Positions 1 through 9,204 of a DNA stretch of 32,000 nt are shown one piece after another (position 1 is the first letter of the stretch; every line of letters begins with the position of its first letter). Under the pieces are notes generated by a model. It was not told where the DNA came from. It was given only the letters and a program-made list of their open reading frames with translations, and made no database searches. The position numbers were made by a program, and so were the translations under genes. Source of the stretch: an uncultured archaeon (GTDB lineage: Archaea; Iainarchaeota; Iainarchaeia; Iainarchaeales; CSSED10-239); assembly GCA_964468895.1 (NCBI GenBank), contig CAYXWT010000003.1, forward strand, positions 5,380 to 37,379, in the 5' to 3' direction.

Positions 1-116
1 TAATATTAATCATTTTACCAATTTTAATACTTATTTTACATACTGTTATTTTACACTTTAGTTTACATCAAGCATCTAAACAGACAGTAGAAGTAATGGG
101 TTTATTAATACATTAA
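1..116 (+). CDS. 3' end of a CDS running in from upstream of the window; hydrophobic C-terminus of a probable membrane protein
   Basis: The frame starting at nt 3 is open from the window edge to TAA at 114-116. It translates to ILIILPILILILHTVILHFSLHQASKQTVEVMGLLIH. Only 37 codons are visible and no family can be assigned. Confidence 0.3.
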   Translation, partial: ILIILPILILILHTVILHFSLHQASKQTVEVMGLLIH

Positions 117-149
117 GACAAAAATAATGTTTTTTTTTAAAATTGGTAT

Positions 150-821
150 TTATATAAAATTAATCAGTATAAATGCAATTACCCCAGAAATAAAACTTGC
201 TAAAAAATTAGTTTGATAATTGTTACTATATCCTTTTCTTTCAAGTGTTGCTCCTATATAGCTATCAATAATAGTTCCTAAAAAACCAATAATACCTATT
301 ATTAGTATGGATTGAGTAGTGTAGATGAAACTTGAATTGAAAATTTGAGGTGCAATCATAAAATAAACTATAGTGATAGCCCCTATAATTGCAGCAGCTG
401 TAAGACCTAAGATAGTAACGCCACCGTCTGTACCGGTTTTAACTTTTTTAAAAGTTGTTATTAATCTTGGTTTAATTATAGATAATCTACCAATTTCTGA
501 AGATAAAGTGTCTGAAAAAGCAGCACAAATAGAAACTATTGCTGGTATTACTTGTCCAAATAGCATAAATATACATCCAGCTAGACAATTTCCAAGTAAA
601 TTTTTATAAGATCTTCTTTTATGTTTTTTATCTAGAATAAGTGTTATACTTTCGGCAACACAAAAAAATATTAAAATATAAATCATTGATTCAATATTTC
701 CAAAATTTAAAAATATTGCACAAATTATAAATATTATAGAAATAGTAATTAAATCATACTTTCTAGTAATACAAAGTATGATTCCTAAAATATAAAAAAA
801 AAGAAAATATAACCAAAACAT
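150..821 (-). CDS. DUF92 / TMEM19 / VTE6-like integral membrane protein (possible polyprenyl-phosphate kinase family)
   Basis: 223 aa with multiple TM segments. Motifs FSDTLSSEIGRL and GTDGGVTILG match the DUF92 (COG1836) signatures D-T-x-A/S-S-E-x-G and G-T-x-GG-V-S/T-x-x-G. ATG at 821 lies 2 nt after the S3Ae stop codon. Confidence 0.72.
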   Translation of the reverse strand: MFWLYFLFFYILGIILCITRKYDLITISIIFIICAIFLNFGNIESMIYILIFFCVAESITLILDKKHKRRSYKNLLGNCLAGCIFMLFGQVIPAIVSICAAFSDTLSSEIGRLSIIKPRLITTFKKVKTGTDGGVTILGLTAAAIIGAITIVYFMIAPQIFNSSFIYTTQSILIIGIIGFLGTIIDSYIGATLERKGYSNNYQTNFLASFISGVIAFILINFI

Positions 822-823
822 AT

Positions 824-1402
824 TTATTCTACTAATTGTGCTTTAGATATAAATATTTTATTTACAAAACCAATTTTGAGTAATTTCTTTTTAAGTTTTT
901 CTCCAAATTTCTGATAAACAATGTCATTCCAATTTTCAGAAATTGTTTTAGTTTTAATATCCTCTAACATATACTCAGTAATGATTTTTTGAGCTTCTTT
1001 TCTTTGAGTTAAAGTATATCTTGCACCAGTTATAAATAAAACTTTTAATTTAATTTTTTTACCTTCTTTGGTATTTACATAAATTATAGGTTCTATTTTG
1101 GATTTACCTCTTCTAAGTAATCTTCTTAAAAAATTAGTTTTTGTATCAAATTTAACTAATTCAGTATCAGCTTTAGTTGCTGTTACTTTATTAATTCTAA
1201 ATGTTAGTTCATAATATGTATCTCTTACACTTCCTGTAAGTTCTTTAAGAGATTTTTTAACTTTTCTTCCAATCAATTTTTTAGATTCGATAGCAACAGT
1301 TTCTGCGATTATTTTACCATCAAAGGTAGAATCTGCAAAAACTTCAAACCATCTTTTTTTTTTCCAATTATCAACAGTTCTTTTTTTAACTTTAGTAGCC
1401 AT
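824..1402 (-). CDS. rps3ae: 30S ribosomal protein S3Ae (eS1)
   Basis: 192 aa. The N-terminus KKRTVDNWKKKRWFEVFADSTFDGKIIAETVA...KLIGRKV...L.ELTG matches the archaeal S3Ae pattern (K-W-K-x-K-x-W-Y/F ... LIGR ... DLTG). Confidence 0.9.
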   Translation of the reverse strand: MATKVKKRTVDNWKKKRWFEVFADSTFDGKIIAETVAIESKKLIGRKVKKSLKELTGSVRDTYYELTFRINKVTATKADTELVKFDTKTNFLRRLLRRGKSKIEPIIYVNTKEGKKIKLKVLFITGARYTLTQRKEAQKIITEYMLEDIKTKTISENWNDIVYQKFGEKLKKKLLKIGFVNKIFISKAQLVE

Positions 1403-1413
1403 AAATTAAACAC

Positions 1414-1803
1414 CTATTTTATTAGTAACTTTGCAGTTTCGTCAGAATATCTCCAATTTTCAGGTAATTTTCCTTCTTTAATATAGTAATTTCTTAATCT
1501 ATTAATTTTAGAAACTGTTAATTGATATCCTCTTTTACCACGCATATCTTTTTTATTATTTTCTTTATGTTTTATTAATTTTACTGCTTTTTTAATTAAA
1601 GCAAGTAAATCATCAGGTAACTTATTACCCCTGATATTTAATTCTTCTTGTATTTCTTGAATTCTTTTCCCTGTAAATTGATGTATATTTTTCACACCTA
1701 ATTTATCTTTAATATAAAATCCAATTTCAGAATTAGATTTTCCTTTTTTAGTTAATTCTTCAATAGTTTTGTATATTTCATCTTTATTTACTTGAGTAGT
1801 CAT
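1414..1803 (-). CDS. rps15: 30S ribosomal protein S15 (uS15, S13e type)
   Basis: 129 aa. LPDDLLALIKKAVKLIKHKENNKKDMRGKRGYQLTVSKINRLRNYYIKEGKLPENWRYSDETAKLL matches the conserved archaeal S15P C-terminal domain. Confidence 0.9.
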   Translation of the reverse strand: MTTQVNKDEIYKTIEELTKKGKSNSEIGFYIKDKLGVKNIHQFTGKRIQEIQEELNIRGNKLPDDLLALIKKAVKLIKHKENNKKDMRGKRGYQLTVSKINRLRNYYIKEGKLPENWRYSDETAKLLIK

Positions 1804-2000
1804 ATCATTTCACACATTAATTATATATTGCATTCTAGAATTTATTTCAATTATTTTTTTAAAAAATATATATTCTTTAAATTTTAAAGAAACTGTAGCG
1901 AAGAAACAAATATATATTATATATAATATAGACTCGATTTATTTATATTTGTTTGTATTTCAAATTACAAATAATAGCTTTCTAAAACTTTAGATTTATA

Positions 2001-2570
2001 CTATAGATATCTACCTCTATTTTCGATATCTTTAATTTTAGGTATAATTGTGTTATTATTTGTTTTTTGCTTATAACCTTTAATTATTTCAATCCAATAA
2101 TCACTGGTTTTGCTATTACTTTCTAAAGTTTTTTTAAAAACTAATAAATCTGTAGCTTTGTCTTCTATTTTATTAGATATAAAACCTAATCCAAAATCGA
2201 TAAAATAAATTTCTTTTTTGTTTGTAATTATATTAATTAGATTTAAATCTCCATGTATAAAGCTATTATTATGTAATGTTGCAATATTTTCACCTATATT
2301 TTTAAGACATTTAGTATGTTCATTAGTATTATCTAGTTTTTCCATATAAATAGTATTTTTTCCAACATAATATATTTTAGGAGTTTTAAGATTTATATTT
2401 TTGATTTTATTAATTAGTGTAGATTCTTGTTTATTTCTTATATTTACTATTTTAGAATCTAGTTTTTTATTTCTATAATTTTTAAAAATTCTTTTTTTAA
2501 TAATTATATCTTTAGTAAATATTTTGGTACTAAATATCTGTGCTTCAGCACCTTTAGCAATTTCTCTCAT
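2001..2570 (-). CDS. bud32: Bud32-type atypical protein kinase (KEOPS subunit)
   Basis: 189 aa. Motifs seen are GAEA near the N-terminus, IYMEKL, HGDLNLINII (HGDL-T/N-x-x-N catalytic loop), YFIDFGLGF and EDKATDLLVF. These are characteristic of the small archaeal Bud32/PRPK kinases. Confidence 0.85.
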   Translation of the reverse strand: MREIAKGAEAQIFSTKIFTKDIIIKKRIFKNYRNKKLDSKIVNIRNKQESTLINKIKNINLKTPKIYYVGKNTIYMEKLDNTNEHTKCLKNIGENIATLHNNSFIHGDLNLINIITNKKEIYFIDFGLGFISNKIEDKATDLLVFKKTLESNSKTSDYWIEIIKGYKQKTNNNTIIPKIKDIENRGRYL

Positions 2571-2579
2571 AAAACATCT

Positions 2580-3074
2580 TTAATTGCAAGTTTGTATTTC
2601 TTTAAGTTTTAATTCAATTTGTTCAGAATCTTGATTTTTAAGATTTTCTATATATTGATTCCAATATATTTTTTTAGGTGTAGGATATATTGCTTCAAAT
2701 TGCTTAATTAATTCTTTTTTAGAATTATTATAAGCTTGTATTTTATTTTTTAAATTATAAGTTATACATCTATTATTATTTTCAAAATTAATTTGATTTC
2801 TAAGATTTAAAGAATCTTTGTAAAGATATGCATATTCTGTAATTGGGTCTGTAAATTCATCTAATCTTAATTGTTGAAGATCCAAAATATAATTGATATA
2901 ATTATCTGGTACTAATTTTTCTGAATAAACATTGTAATAGCTGTTAGTAAATTCAATTGTTTCTATTTTGTTAGAATTGTAGTTATTATAAATTAAATAT
3001 AAAAAAAATAATGCTATTAATAGTACAATTATAAATCCTAGAAAATTTGATTTCTTTTTTTTTTGTTTTTTCAT
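2580..3074 (-). CDS. hypothetical protein with a Lys-rich N-terminus and a single N-terminal TM anchor
   Basis: 164 aa. MKKQKKKKSNFLGFIIVLLIALFFLYLIY is followed by an Asn/Tyr-rich soluble part. No family was recognised. Confidence 0.5.
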   Translation of the reverse strand: MKKQKKKKSNFLGFIIVLLIALFFLYLIYNNYNSNKIETIEFTNSYYNVYSEKLVPDNYINYILDLQQLRLDEFTDPITEYAYLYKDSLNLRNQINFENNNRCITYNLKNKIQAYNNSKKELIKQFEAIYPTPKKIYWNQYIENLKNQDSEQIELKLKEIQTCN

Positions 3075-3162
3075 ATTTTTTTAACCTTTTTATTATATTT
3101 AAATTACTTGTGATAATATATCTAATGTTACAAACTTATTAAAATTTATTCTTTAATGAAAT

Positions 3163-3807
3163 TTAGATGGTTTTATTTTGAAATCTTATTATTTTTAAAA
3201 TTATCTTATAAATTTTTAATTCTTGTTTATTATCTTTAATTTTAATATTAATTTGATCTGATTTTTTAATAGCAACATCTATTTTAAAATCTTGTTTCTT
3301 TTTACTAATATTACCTATTTTGGAATTTCTATAAACAATAGACTTATTAACAGTTTCAGTTAATTTTTTTCTGTAATCTGGGTCTAACAAAAATGCATTT
3401 AATAGATGTTTATATTCTGGATCCATTAATATTTCTTCACTTAAATCTATATTTTTTAAATCTTCTTTATATTCTTTATTTGTTATCTCTTTTATTTTAT
3501 GTCTCCAATAATCCTTTTTGAAGTATTTAGTAAAATATATTCTTTGATAATAATTTTCTGCAGTTTTTTTTTTTTTAGTCCAATATTTTTTAAGTTCTGT
3601 TAACTTATTAATTTCATTTTTAATATCATTTATTTTTAATTTTATGTTTTCTTTTAAAGGATATTTAATCTTATTGTTTTCAAATATAATAAATCTTTTT
3701 TTGAAAAACATATTTAGGTACTTCTGTTCTTCTTCTTTTAATTCAAGATTTAAAAATTCTTTTAATTTATTTAAATTATTAATAGTTTTATTTTTTTGAT
3801 TTAACAT
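3163..3807 (-). CDS. hypothetical Lys-rich, probably coiled-coil protein
   Basis: 214-aa intact ORF with ATG start. It is highly charged (K/E/N) with no TM segment. No family was recognised. Confidence 0.45.
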   Translation of the reverse strand: MLNQKNKTINNLNKLKEFLNLELKEEEQKYLNMFFKKRFIIFENNKIKYPLKENIKLKINDIKNEINKLTELKKYWTKKKKTAENYYQRIYFTKYFKKDYWRHKIKEITNKEYKEDLKNIDLSEEILMDPEYKHLLNAFLLDPDYRKKLTETVNKSIVYRNSKIGNISKKKQDFKIDVAIKKSDQINIKIKDNKQELKIYKIILKIIRFQNKTI

Positions 3808-3989
3808 AATTTATCTGTAATTTACTTTTAAGATTATTTTGTTTATAATTAGTTATTTTTAAAATTATCACTTTAAATACAACTATCTTTTTAAATATTG
3901 TTGTTGAACACTTTTAAATATATTGCGGTATCTAATATTTATTGTAACTTTTATATAAGTTATGTTATAAATTAAAATTGAGTGATATT

Positions 3990-4337
3990 ATGATGCCAAA
4001 TTTAGGTGGTATGGATCCTAGAAAGATTAGTTCTATGATGAAACAAATGGGTATTACAAATAAAGAAATACCTGCAATCAAAGTTATTATTGAAACTGAA
4101 GATAAAAAGATTATTATCAATAACCCAAATGTTACACAAATAAGTATGCAAGGACAAGTTACTTTTCAAATACTTGGAGAAATTAGTGAAGAAGATAATA
4201 TTAAAGAAATACCTTCTGATGATATAAAATTAGTTTGTGAAAATACATCTGTTTCTAAAGAAAAAGCAAAAGAATTATTAGAAAAAACTAAAGGAGATAT
4301 TGCTCAAGCAATATCTTTAGCTAGTGAAGAAAATTAA
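3990..4337 (+). CDS. nac: nascent polypeptide-associated complex protein (archaeal NAC alpha with C-terminal UBA-like domain)
   Basis: MMPNLGGMDPRKISSMMKQMGI...VIIETEDKKIIINNPNVTQISMQGQVTFQILGE...VSKEKAKELLEKTKGDIAQAI matches the archaeal NAC domain plus UBA tail. The ORF track starts at TTG 3978; the in-frame ATG at 3990 is the more likely start. Confidence 0.85.
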   Translation: MMPNLGGMDPRKISSMMKQMGITNKEIPAIKVIIETEDKKIIINNPNVTQISMQGQVTFQILGEISEEDNIKEIPSDDIKLVCENTSVSKEKAKELLEKTKGDIAQAISLASEEN

Positions 4338-5629
4338 TTTTCTTCATTTCTTTTTTCATTAATCATGAAAAACATAACTTCATTTCTAGTAGCATACAAA
4401 GTAACATCAAATTCTATTTCTAAATTATCTTTATTTGTTGGATATTGTATGTTAGTTGTAGTTATATTTTGATCATAATTATAGACTACATTATTAATAT
4501 TAGTGTCATTTATATCTATAATCGCTGATTTTGTGGTATCTAGTAAATTAATGTTTTCTGAATTTAATATTTCTTTAGTTCTATTTAAATCTATATTATC
4601 TTCATATAATTTAAAATAAATATTTTTCTTAAGTTGTTCTTCTATTTTAGAATTATCTAAATTATATTTTTCTAAAAATATAGTTTTTAAATTACTATAA
4701 CTATTTAAATCTATAAATTCTGTAAACTGAATACTTATTTGGTTACTATCAATAACAAAATCTTGTATAAATGAATTATTTTCATCTTTTATAATTTGTA
4801 ATTCTGAATTTAAATCAGAAATATTTTCTAGATTTTGCAGATTATATATTAAATTTCCATTTTGGTTTATAGTAGTGGTATAATTGTAATCTAATATATT
4901 ATTGATATCTGAATTATTGTCAAATTCTGTTTTTGAGTCTATATTTATTTCTTTATTCCATTCTAATATAGGATATGTTTTGGAACCAGAAACCATTTGA
5001 GGTTGAGCACTTAAATTTTGCATTTCTATTGCAGTTAATCTATATAACTCTTCATCTTTAAAAATTGCTTGTAAATTAGCACTTATATTATCTCCTTCTA
5101 AGGTTTCATTTGAAACTATTGCTTCATATTTTTTAGTTGGTAAATAATATTCTAAAGTTTTATTTTTATCTTGAGAATTTACAAAAACAATTTCTTGAGG
5201 TATTTCTACAAGAGCGTATTCATATATTTCTAAACCTGTAAAGAAAGATATTTCTTTTAAACTATTTATAATGTCATCTTTATATTCTGTTGTGTATGTT
5301 AATGTTCCTAAATAAGCAATGGTATTTTCATCTATATTATTAAAATTACTTGTTACAGTTTTAATACCTTTAATTTTTTTAATATTATCTTCAATAGTTG
5401 TAACATCGTATTCATCTGTTGGACTGCTTATAATAAATTTAGAAAATTTACTTATTACGTTTGCATCAACATCAGAAGTATAATAATCTGTAGTTGTATT
5501 TTCATCTGCATTTTGTTGATTTGTATTTATAGGATCATCTTTTGGTCTATAAAGCACTCCTACGAACATACTTCCTAGAAATAGTAAAACAATAACTATT
5601 GCAAAAATTGTAGTTTTATTTATTTTCAA
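4334..5629 (-). CDS. hypothetical N-terminally membrane-anchored, Asn/Thr/Asp-rich protein, probably extracellular
   Basis: 431 aa with TTG start. KINKTTIFAIVIVLLFLGSMFVGVLY is a signal-anchor-like segment, followed by about 400 aa of low-Cys, Asn-rich sequence with no recognisable domain. Confidence 0.55.
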   Translation of the reverse strand: MKINKTTIFAIVIVLLFLGSMFVGVLYRPKDDPINTNQQNADENTTTDYYTSDVDANVISKFSKFIISSPTDEYDVTTIEDNIKKIKGIKTVTSNFNNIDENTIAYLGTLTYTTEYKDDIINSLKEISFFTGLEIYEYALVEIPQEIVFVNSQDKNKTLEYYLPTKKYEAIVSNETLEGDNISANLQAIFKDEELYRLTAIEMQNLSAQPQMVSGSKTYPILEWNKEINIDSKTEFDNNSDINNILDYNYTTTINQNGNLIYNLQNLENISDLNSELQIIKDENNSFIQDFVIDSNQISIQFTEFIDLNSYSNLKTIFLEKYNLDNSKIEEQLKKNIYFKLYEDNIDLNRTKEILNSENINLLDTTKSAIIDINDTNINNVVYNYDQNITTTNIQYPTNKDNLEIEFDVTLYATRNEVMFFMINEKRNEEN

Positions 5630-5781
5630 AATTAATCACATTTATATTTTTTTTAAAAAAGAATTTAATTTTTATTCTTTGTATATTTTATATTTATTAT
5701 ATCTAATTAATGATAGTAAAATTATATAAAGTAAGGTTACTATAATATATTATACATGCAAATATTTATAAAATTAAAATT

Positions 5782-6741
5782 ATGATAAGGTTTTTAAAAA
5801 TGTGTTCTTTTAAGATTAAAAATATTAAAATTAAAAATAAAGGTATTTTAGCACCTATGATGGAACATACTAATTTACCTTTTAGATTGTTATGTAAAGA
5901 TTATGGTTGTGCGTTGATGTATACTGAAATGGTACACACTAATTATATTGTTTCTTTAAAAGACAATTTGGAAGATATATCTTTATTACAATCTTGTGAT
6001 GAAGATAAACCAACCACAATTCAATTAGTAGGTGATCTTAATAATAAAAATGAAATTTTATCTGCTATAGAAATTATAGATAATTATAAATATTTTGATA
6101 TTATTGATTTTAATTTAGGTTGTCCTTCTAATAGAATTATTTCTGGCAATTCTGGTTCTGCTTTATTAAAAAATATAGATTTAGTAATACCATTATTAAA
6201 AGAAATAAATTCTATTACTAAAAAGCCCTTTACTATTAAAACTAGACTTGGTTTTGCAAATAATGATATTGATTATATTAGTGAAAAATTAATTAGTTGT
6301 GGTATTTCTGCTTTAACTATACATGGTAGAAGAGCAATTGATAATTATTTAGTACCTAGTGATCATAAATCTGTAGAAACTGTTGCAAAGAACAATAATA
6401 TACCTATAATTTATAATGGAGATGTTACTTTAGATAATTTAGAAGAGTTTGTTAATAATGATTATTTTTCTGGAATTATGATTGCAAGGTATGCTATGTC
6501 TAATCCTTCCATTTTTAAGAATATAGCTTTGAAAGATTATACTACAAATTATAAAGATCTTTCAAAAATATTATCTAAGTTTAATATTTATTGTGAGAAA
6601 TATGATATTAAATATATTACCAAAAAAAAGATTTTATTATCGTTAGTTTCAAATTTTAAAAATTCTAGTAGAATTAGGTGTGATATTTCTAATAGTAAAA
6701 GTCCAGAGGAACTTAATATAATAATAAATAAATTAATATAA
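5782..6741 (+). CDS. dus: tRNA-dihydrouridine synthase (Dus family, FMN TIM barrel)
   Basis: 319 aa. ILAPMMEHTNLPFRLLCKDYGCALMYTEMV, DFNLGCP (catalytic Cys region), TIKTRLGF and LTIHGRR match Dus/COG0042 signatures. Confidence 0.85.
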   Translation: MIRFLKMCSFKIKNIKIKNKGILAPMMEHTNLPFRLLCKDYGCALMYTEMVHTNYIVSLKDNLEDISLLQSCDEDKPTTIQLVGDLNNKNEILSAIEIIDNYKYFDIIDFNLGCPSNRIISGNSGSALLKNIDLVIPLLKEINSITKKPFTIKTRLGFANNDIDYISEKLISCGISALTIHGRRAIDNYLVPSDHKSVETVAKNNNIPIIYNGDVTLDNLEEFVNNDYFSGIMIARYAMSNPSIFKNIALKDYTTNYKDLSKILSKFNIYCEKYDIKYITKKKILLSLVSNFKNSSRIRCDISNSKSPEELNIIINKLI

Positions 6742-7438
6742 TTATTGCTATTATTAAGAATAAAGTTTTGTATTTATATATAAATTTAAATAATTCTAAA
6801 ATGATTTTAAAAATATTTACAAAAAAGTTTTTAAAATAAGTCATTTGTTTTTCTGGTTTTTTCATATCTTCAATAAAATCGTCGAATAATTCAGAAGTTG
6901 TTTTTTCTCTAATAGGTATTTCATTAAGATTATTTATATCTCCACCTACAGCATCTAATTTATATTTGATTTTATCTAATTTTATTTTCCAGTAAGGAAC
7001 CCATATTTCTATAAACCCAGTAAGTGTTACGTCTTGAATCTCAACATCGTATTTAGAACAAAGAAGTTTAGTAATTGTTTTTGCAGATTCTTCTTTATTA
7101 ATTAATTTTTCTTTAATTCTTAAATCTATTTTTTCTATAGCTGGAATTAATAGTTTTTTAGTTAATTTAGGATTTCCAGATTTAAAAATTAAAGTTAAAT
7201 CATCTTCAATTTTGTTTGTTTGAGCATTTAAAGATGTTTGCCCAGAAATAGTTTCAAACTTATTTCCTTTTTTGTAATATATATCATAAAAACAGAACCA
7301 ATACGGTACTATTGTCATATATAATTGTTTTTTTGTAATTTTTGTAGAATGCCCTCTATCTTTAAAAGAATTTAGCATTGTTTCAAGGGCTTGTTCTCTA
7401 CTTATATTTACAGGAAATGAGTTTTTATTTAACTCCAT
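6713..7438 (-). CDS. hypothetical tail-anchored protein (C-terminal TM) with a duplicated VPYW motif
   Basis: 241 aa. Two copies of a hydrophobic V-P-Y-W motif are present (TIVPYWFCFYDIYY and IWVPYWKIKL). The C-terminal TM is LFLIIAIIILIYLLLY. The gene is co-directional with sepF and lies 12 nt downstream of it. Its 3' end overlaps the convergent dus gene by 29 nt. Confidence 0.5.
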   Translation of the reverse strand: MELNKNSFPVNISREQALETMLNSFKDRGHSTKITKKQLYMTIVPYWFCFYDIYYKKGNKFETISGQTSLNAQTNKIEDDLTLIFKSGNPKLTKKLLIPAIEKIDLRIKEKLINKEESAKTITKLLCSKYDVEIQDVTLTGFIEIWVPYWKIKLDKIKYKLDAVGGDINNLNEIPIREKTTSELFDDFIEDMKKPEKQMTYFKNFFVNIFKIILELFKFIYKYKTLFLIIAIIILIYLLLY

Positions 7439-7450
7439 TTATTACACAAA

Positions 7451-7798
7451 TTAATTAATTTTTTTAATAATTTTTACTTTTGAAGGTACAAGTAATAATT
7501 TAGTTTTAGAAACCATTGCTATATCTCCAGAATTATCTTTAATAAATGTTTTTATTTGAGAAATAAATTGTTTTACTCTTTGTGGATTTCTTTTTATTAA
7601 ACCACTAATTTCTAGTAATACTATATTTCTTTTATTTAATTCATTTATTATTTGTTCTATATCTGCATTAGTTTGTAGACTAATTGGTTTCACATAGAAA
7701 TCTACTTCTTCAGGTTCTTCTTCAACATCCATATTGTTTAAGAAATCATCCATGTCTACACCATTATTTTTAGTAAACATATTGTCAAAAAATGCCAC
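7451..7798 (-). CDS. sepF: cell division protein SepF (DUF552)
   Basis: 115 aa. A short hydrophobic or amphipathic N-terminus (MAFFDNMF) and an acidic linker are followed by YVKPISLQTNADIEQIINELNKRNIVLLEISGLIKRNPQRVKQFISQIKTFIKDNSGDIAMVSKTKLLLVPSKVKI. This matches the SepF core pattern (D-x-x-x-I ... L ... D-F ... G ... I ... P-x-x-V). The start is GTG. Confidence 0.72.
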   Translation of the reverse strand: MAFFDNMFTKNNGVDMDDFLNNMDVEEEPEEVDFYVKPISLQTNADIEQIINELNKRNIVLLEISGLIKRNPQRVKQFISQIKTFIKDNSGDIAMVSKTKLLLVPSKVKIIKKIN

Positions 7799-8010
7799 TT
7801 ATAACCACCTCATATATTAAAAATTTATAAAAATTATTTCTAAATATATATTTTTGTACCAAAATATATAAAAACAAATTTCTTTTTATGTAAAATTAGT
7901 ATGTATGTATAATTTTCAATTTTTATTTAATAAAATTTACTTTATAATCATTTTCTATTATAAAGGTATATATTTATAAGATAATTAAATTGCAAAATTG
8001 TGAGTGTTAT

Positions 8011-9204
8011 ATGTATAATTATATTGTAGTTCATTATGATGAAATTGGTATTAAAGGTAAAAACAGACCTTTCTTTGAAAATAAATTAGTAGATGATTTA
8101 AATATAAAATTATCTAATTATTGTTCTAAAGTATTTAAAAGATATGGTAAGGTAGTTTGTAAACTAAATGACTTTAAAGATTCTAATACTGAAGATTTTG
8201 AAATATATAAATCTAAAGTAATTTCTATTTTACAATTAACTCCTGGTATTAGTTCTTTTTCTTTTGCAGTTCGTTGTTCTTTAGATCTTGATGAAATTTC
8301 TTTAAAATCTTTAGAGTTAATAGATACTAAAGAATTTTCTAGTTTTAGGGTTAATACAAAAAGAAGTAATAAAAGTTTTAAATTTACATCTTTAGATATA
8401 AATATAAAAATAGGGTCTGATATAGTTGAAAAAACTTCTAAAAAAGTAAATTTAAAAAATGCAGATTTAACTTTAAATATAGAAATTGGAGATAAAGATA
8501 GTTATATTTATGATAATAAGTTTAGGGGTATTGGAGGCCTTGCAATAAAATCAAGTGGAAATGTCATTTGTTCTCTTTCAGGAGGCTTAGATAGTCCTGT
8601 TGCAAGTTATATGATGATGAAACGTGGTTGTAATGTGATATTTGCACACATTCAAAATGATACTCTTGCAAATAAAGAATTACAACAAAAAATTGAAGAT
8701 CTTTGTAAAACACTTTGTAAAGTTCAAAATTCTTGTAAATTATATATTATTCCTTTTTCAGAAATTCAAAAAGAAATTATTATGTATGTGCCTTCAGAAT
8801 ATAGAATGATAATTTATAGAAGATTTATGATGAAAATTATTACCAAAATTGCAAAACTAGAAGATTCTAAATTAATTGTTACTGGTGATTCTATTGGTCA
8901 AGTAGCTTCTCAAACTATAGATAATATTAATTGTATTTATGATTCTTCATTTTATCCAGTAGTAAGTCCAGTAATTGCTTTTAATAAAAATGAAATTATA
9001 GATATTTCTAAAAAAATAGGTACTTATAACATTTCAATAAAACCATATCCAGATTGTTGTTCATTTATGATTGCAATACACCCTAAAACTAATGCTCAAT
9101 TAGATTATGTTTTAAAAATTGAAGAAAACATAATAAATTCAGATAAATTAATTGAAAATTCAATTGTAAATAAACAAATATTAAATTTTAAATATGATTT
9201 TTAG
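8011..9204 (+). CDS. thiI: tRNA 4-thiouridine synthase ThiI (ferredoxin-like N-terminal domain + THUMP + PP-loop; no rhodanese domain)
   Basis: YDEIGIKGKNRPFFENKLV matches the ThiI N-terminus. The PP-loop is SLSGGLDSPVASYMMMKRG. TGDSIGQVASQT and KPYPDCCSFM are also present. The track start is TTG 7990; the in-frame ATG at 8011 is the more likely start. Confidence 0.85.
   Translation: MYNYIVVHYDEIGIKGKNRPFFENKLVDDLNIKLSNYCSKVFKRYGKVVCKLNDFKDSNTEDFEIYKSKVISILQLTPGISSFSFAVRCSLDLDEISLKSLELIDTKEFSSFRVNTKRSNKSFKFTSLDINIKIGSDIVEKTSKKVNLKNADLTLNIEIGDKDSYIYDNKFRGIGGLAIKSSGNVICSLSGGLDSPVASYMMMKRGCNVIFAHIQNDTLANKELQQKIEDLCKTLCKVQNSCKLYIIPFSEIQKEIIMYVPSEYRMIIYRRFMMKIITKIAKLEDSKLIVTGDSIGQVASQTIDNINCIYDSSFYPVVSPVIAFNKNEIIDISKKIGTYNISIKPYPDCCSFMIAIHPKTNAQLDYVLKIEENIINSDKLIENSIVNKQILNFKYDF

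Noticed and set aside
373-609. 78-aa + strand ORF inside the DUF92 gene
   Set aside because: It lies fully antisense to a well-supported membrane protein CDS and has no motif of its own. It is the typical shadow ORF of an AT-rich coding region.
4334-4337. Convergent genes sharing overlapping stop codons in a TTAA tetranucleotide (also at 26753-26756)
   Set aside because: The overlap is real, but it is a trivial consequence of genome compaction and TAA stop preference in AT-rich DNA. There is no evidence of a regulatory role.
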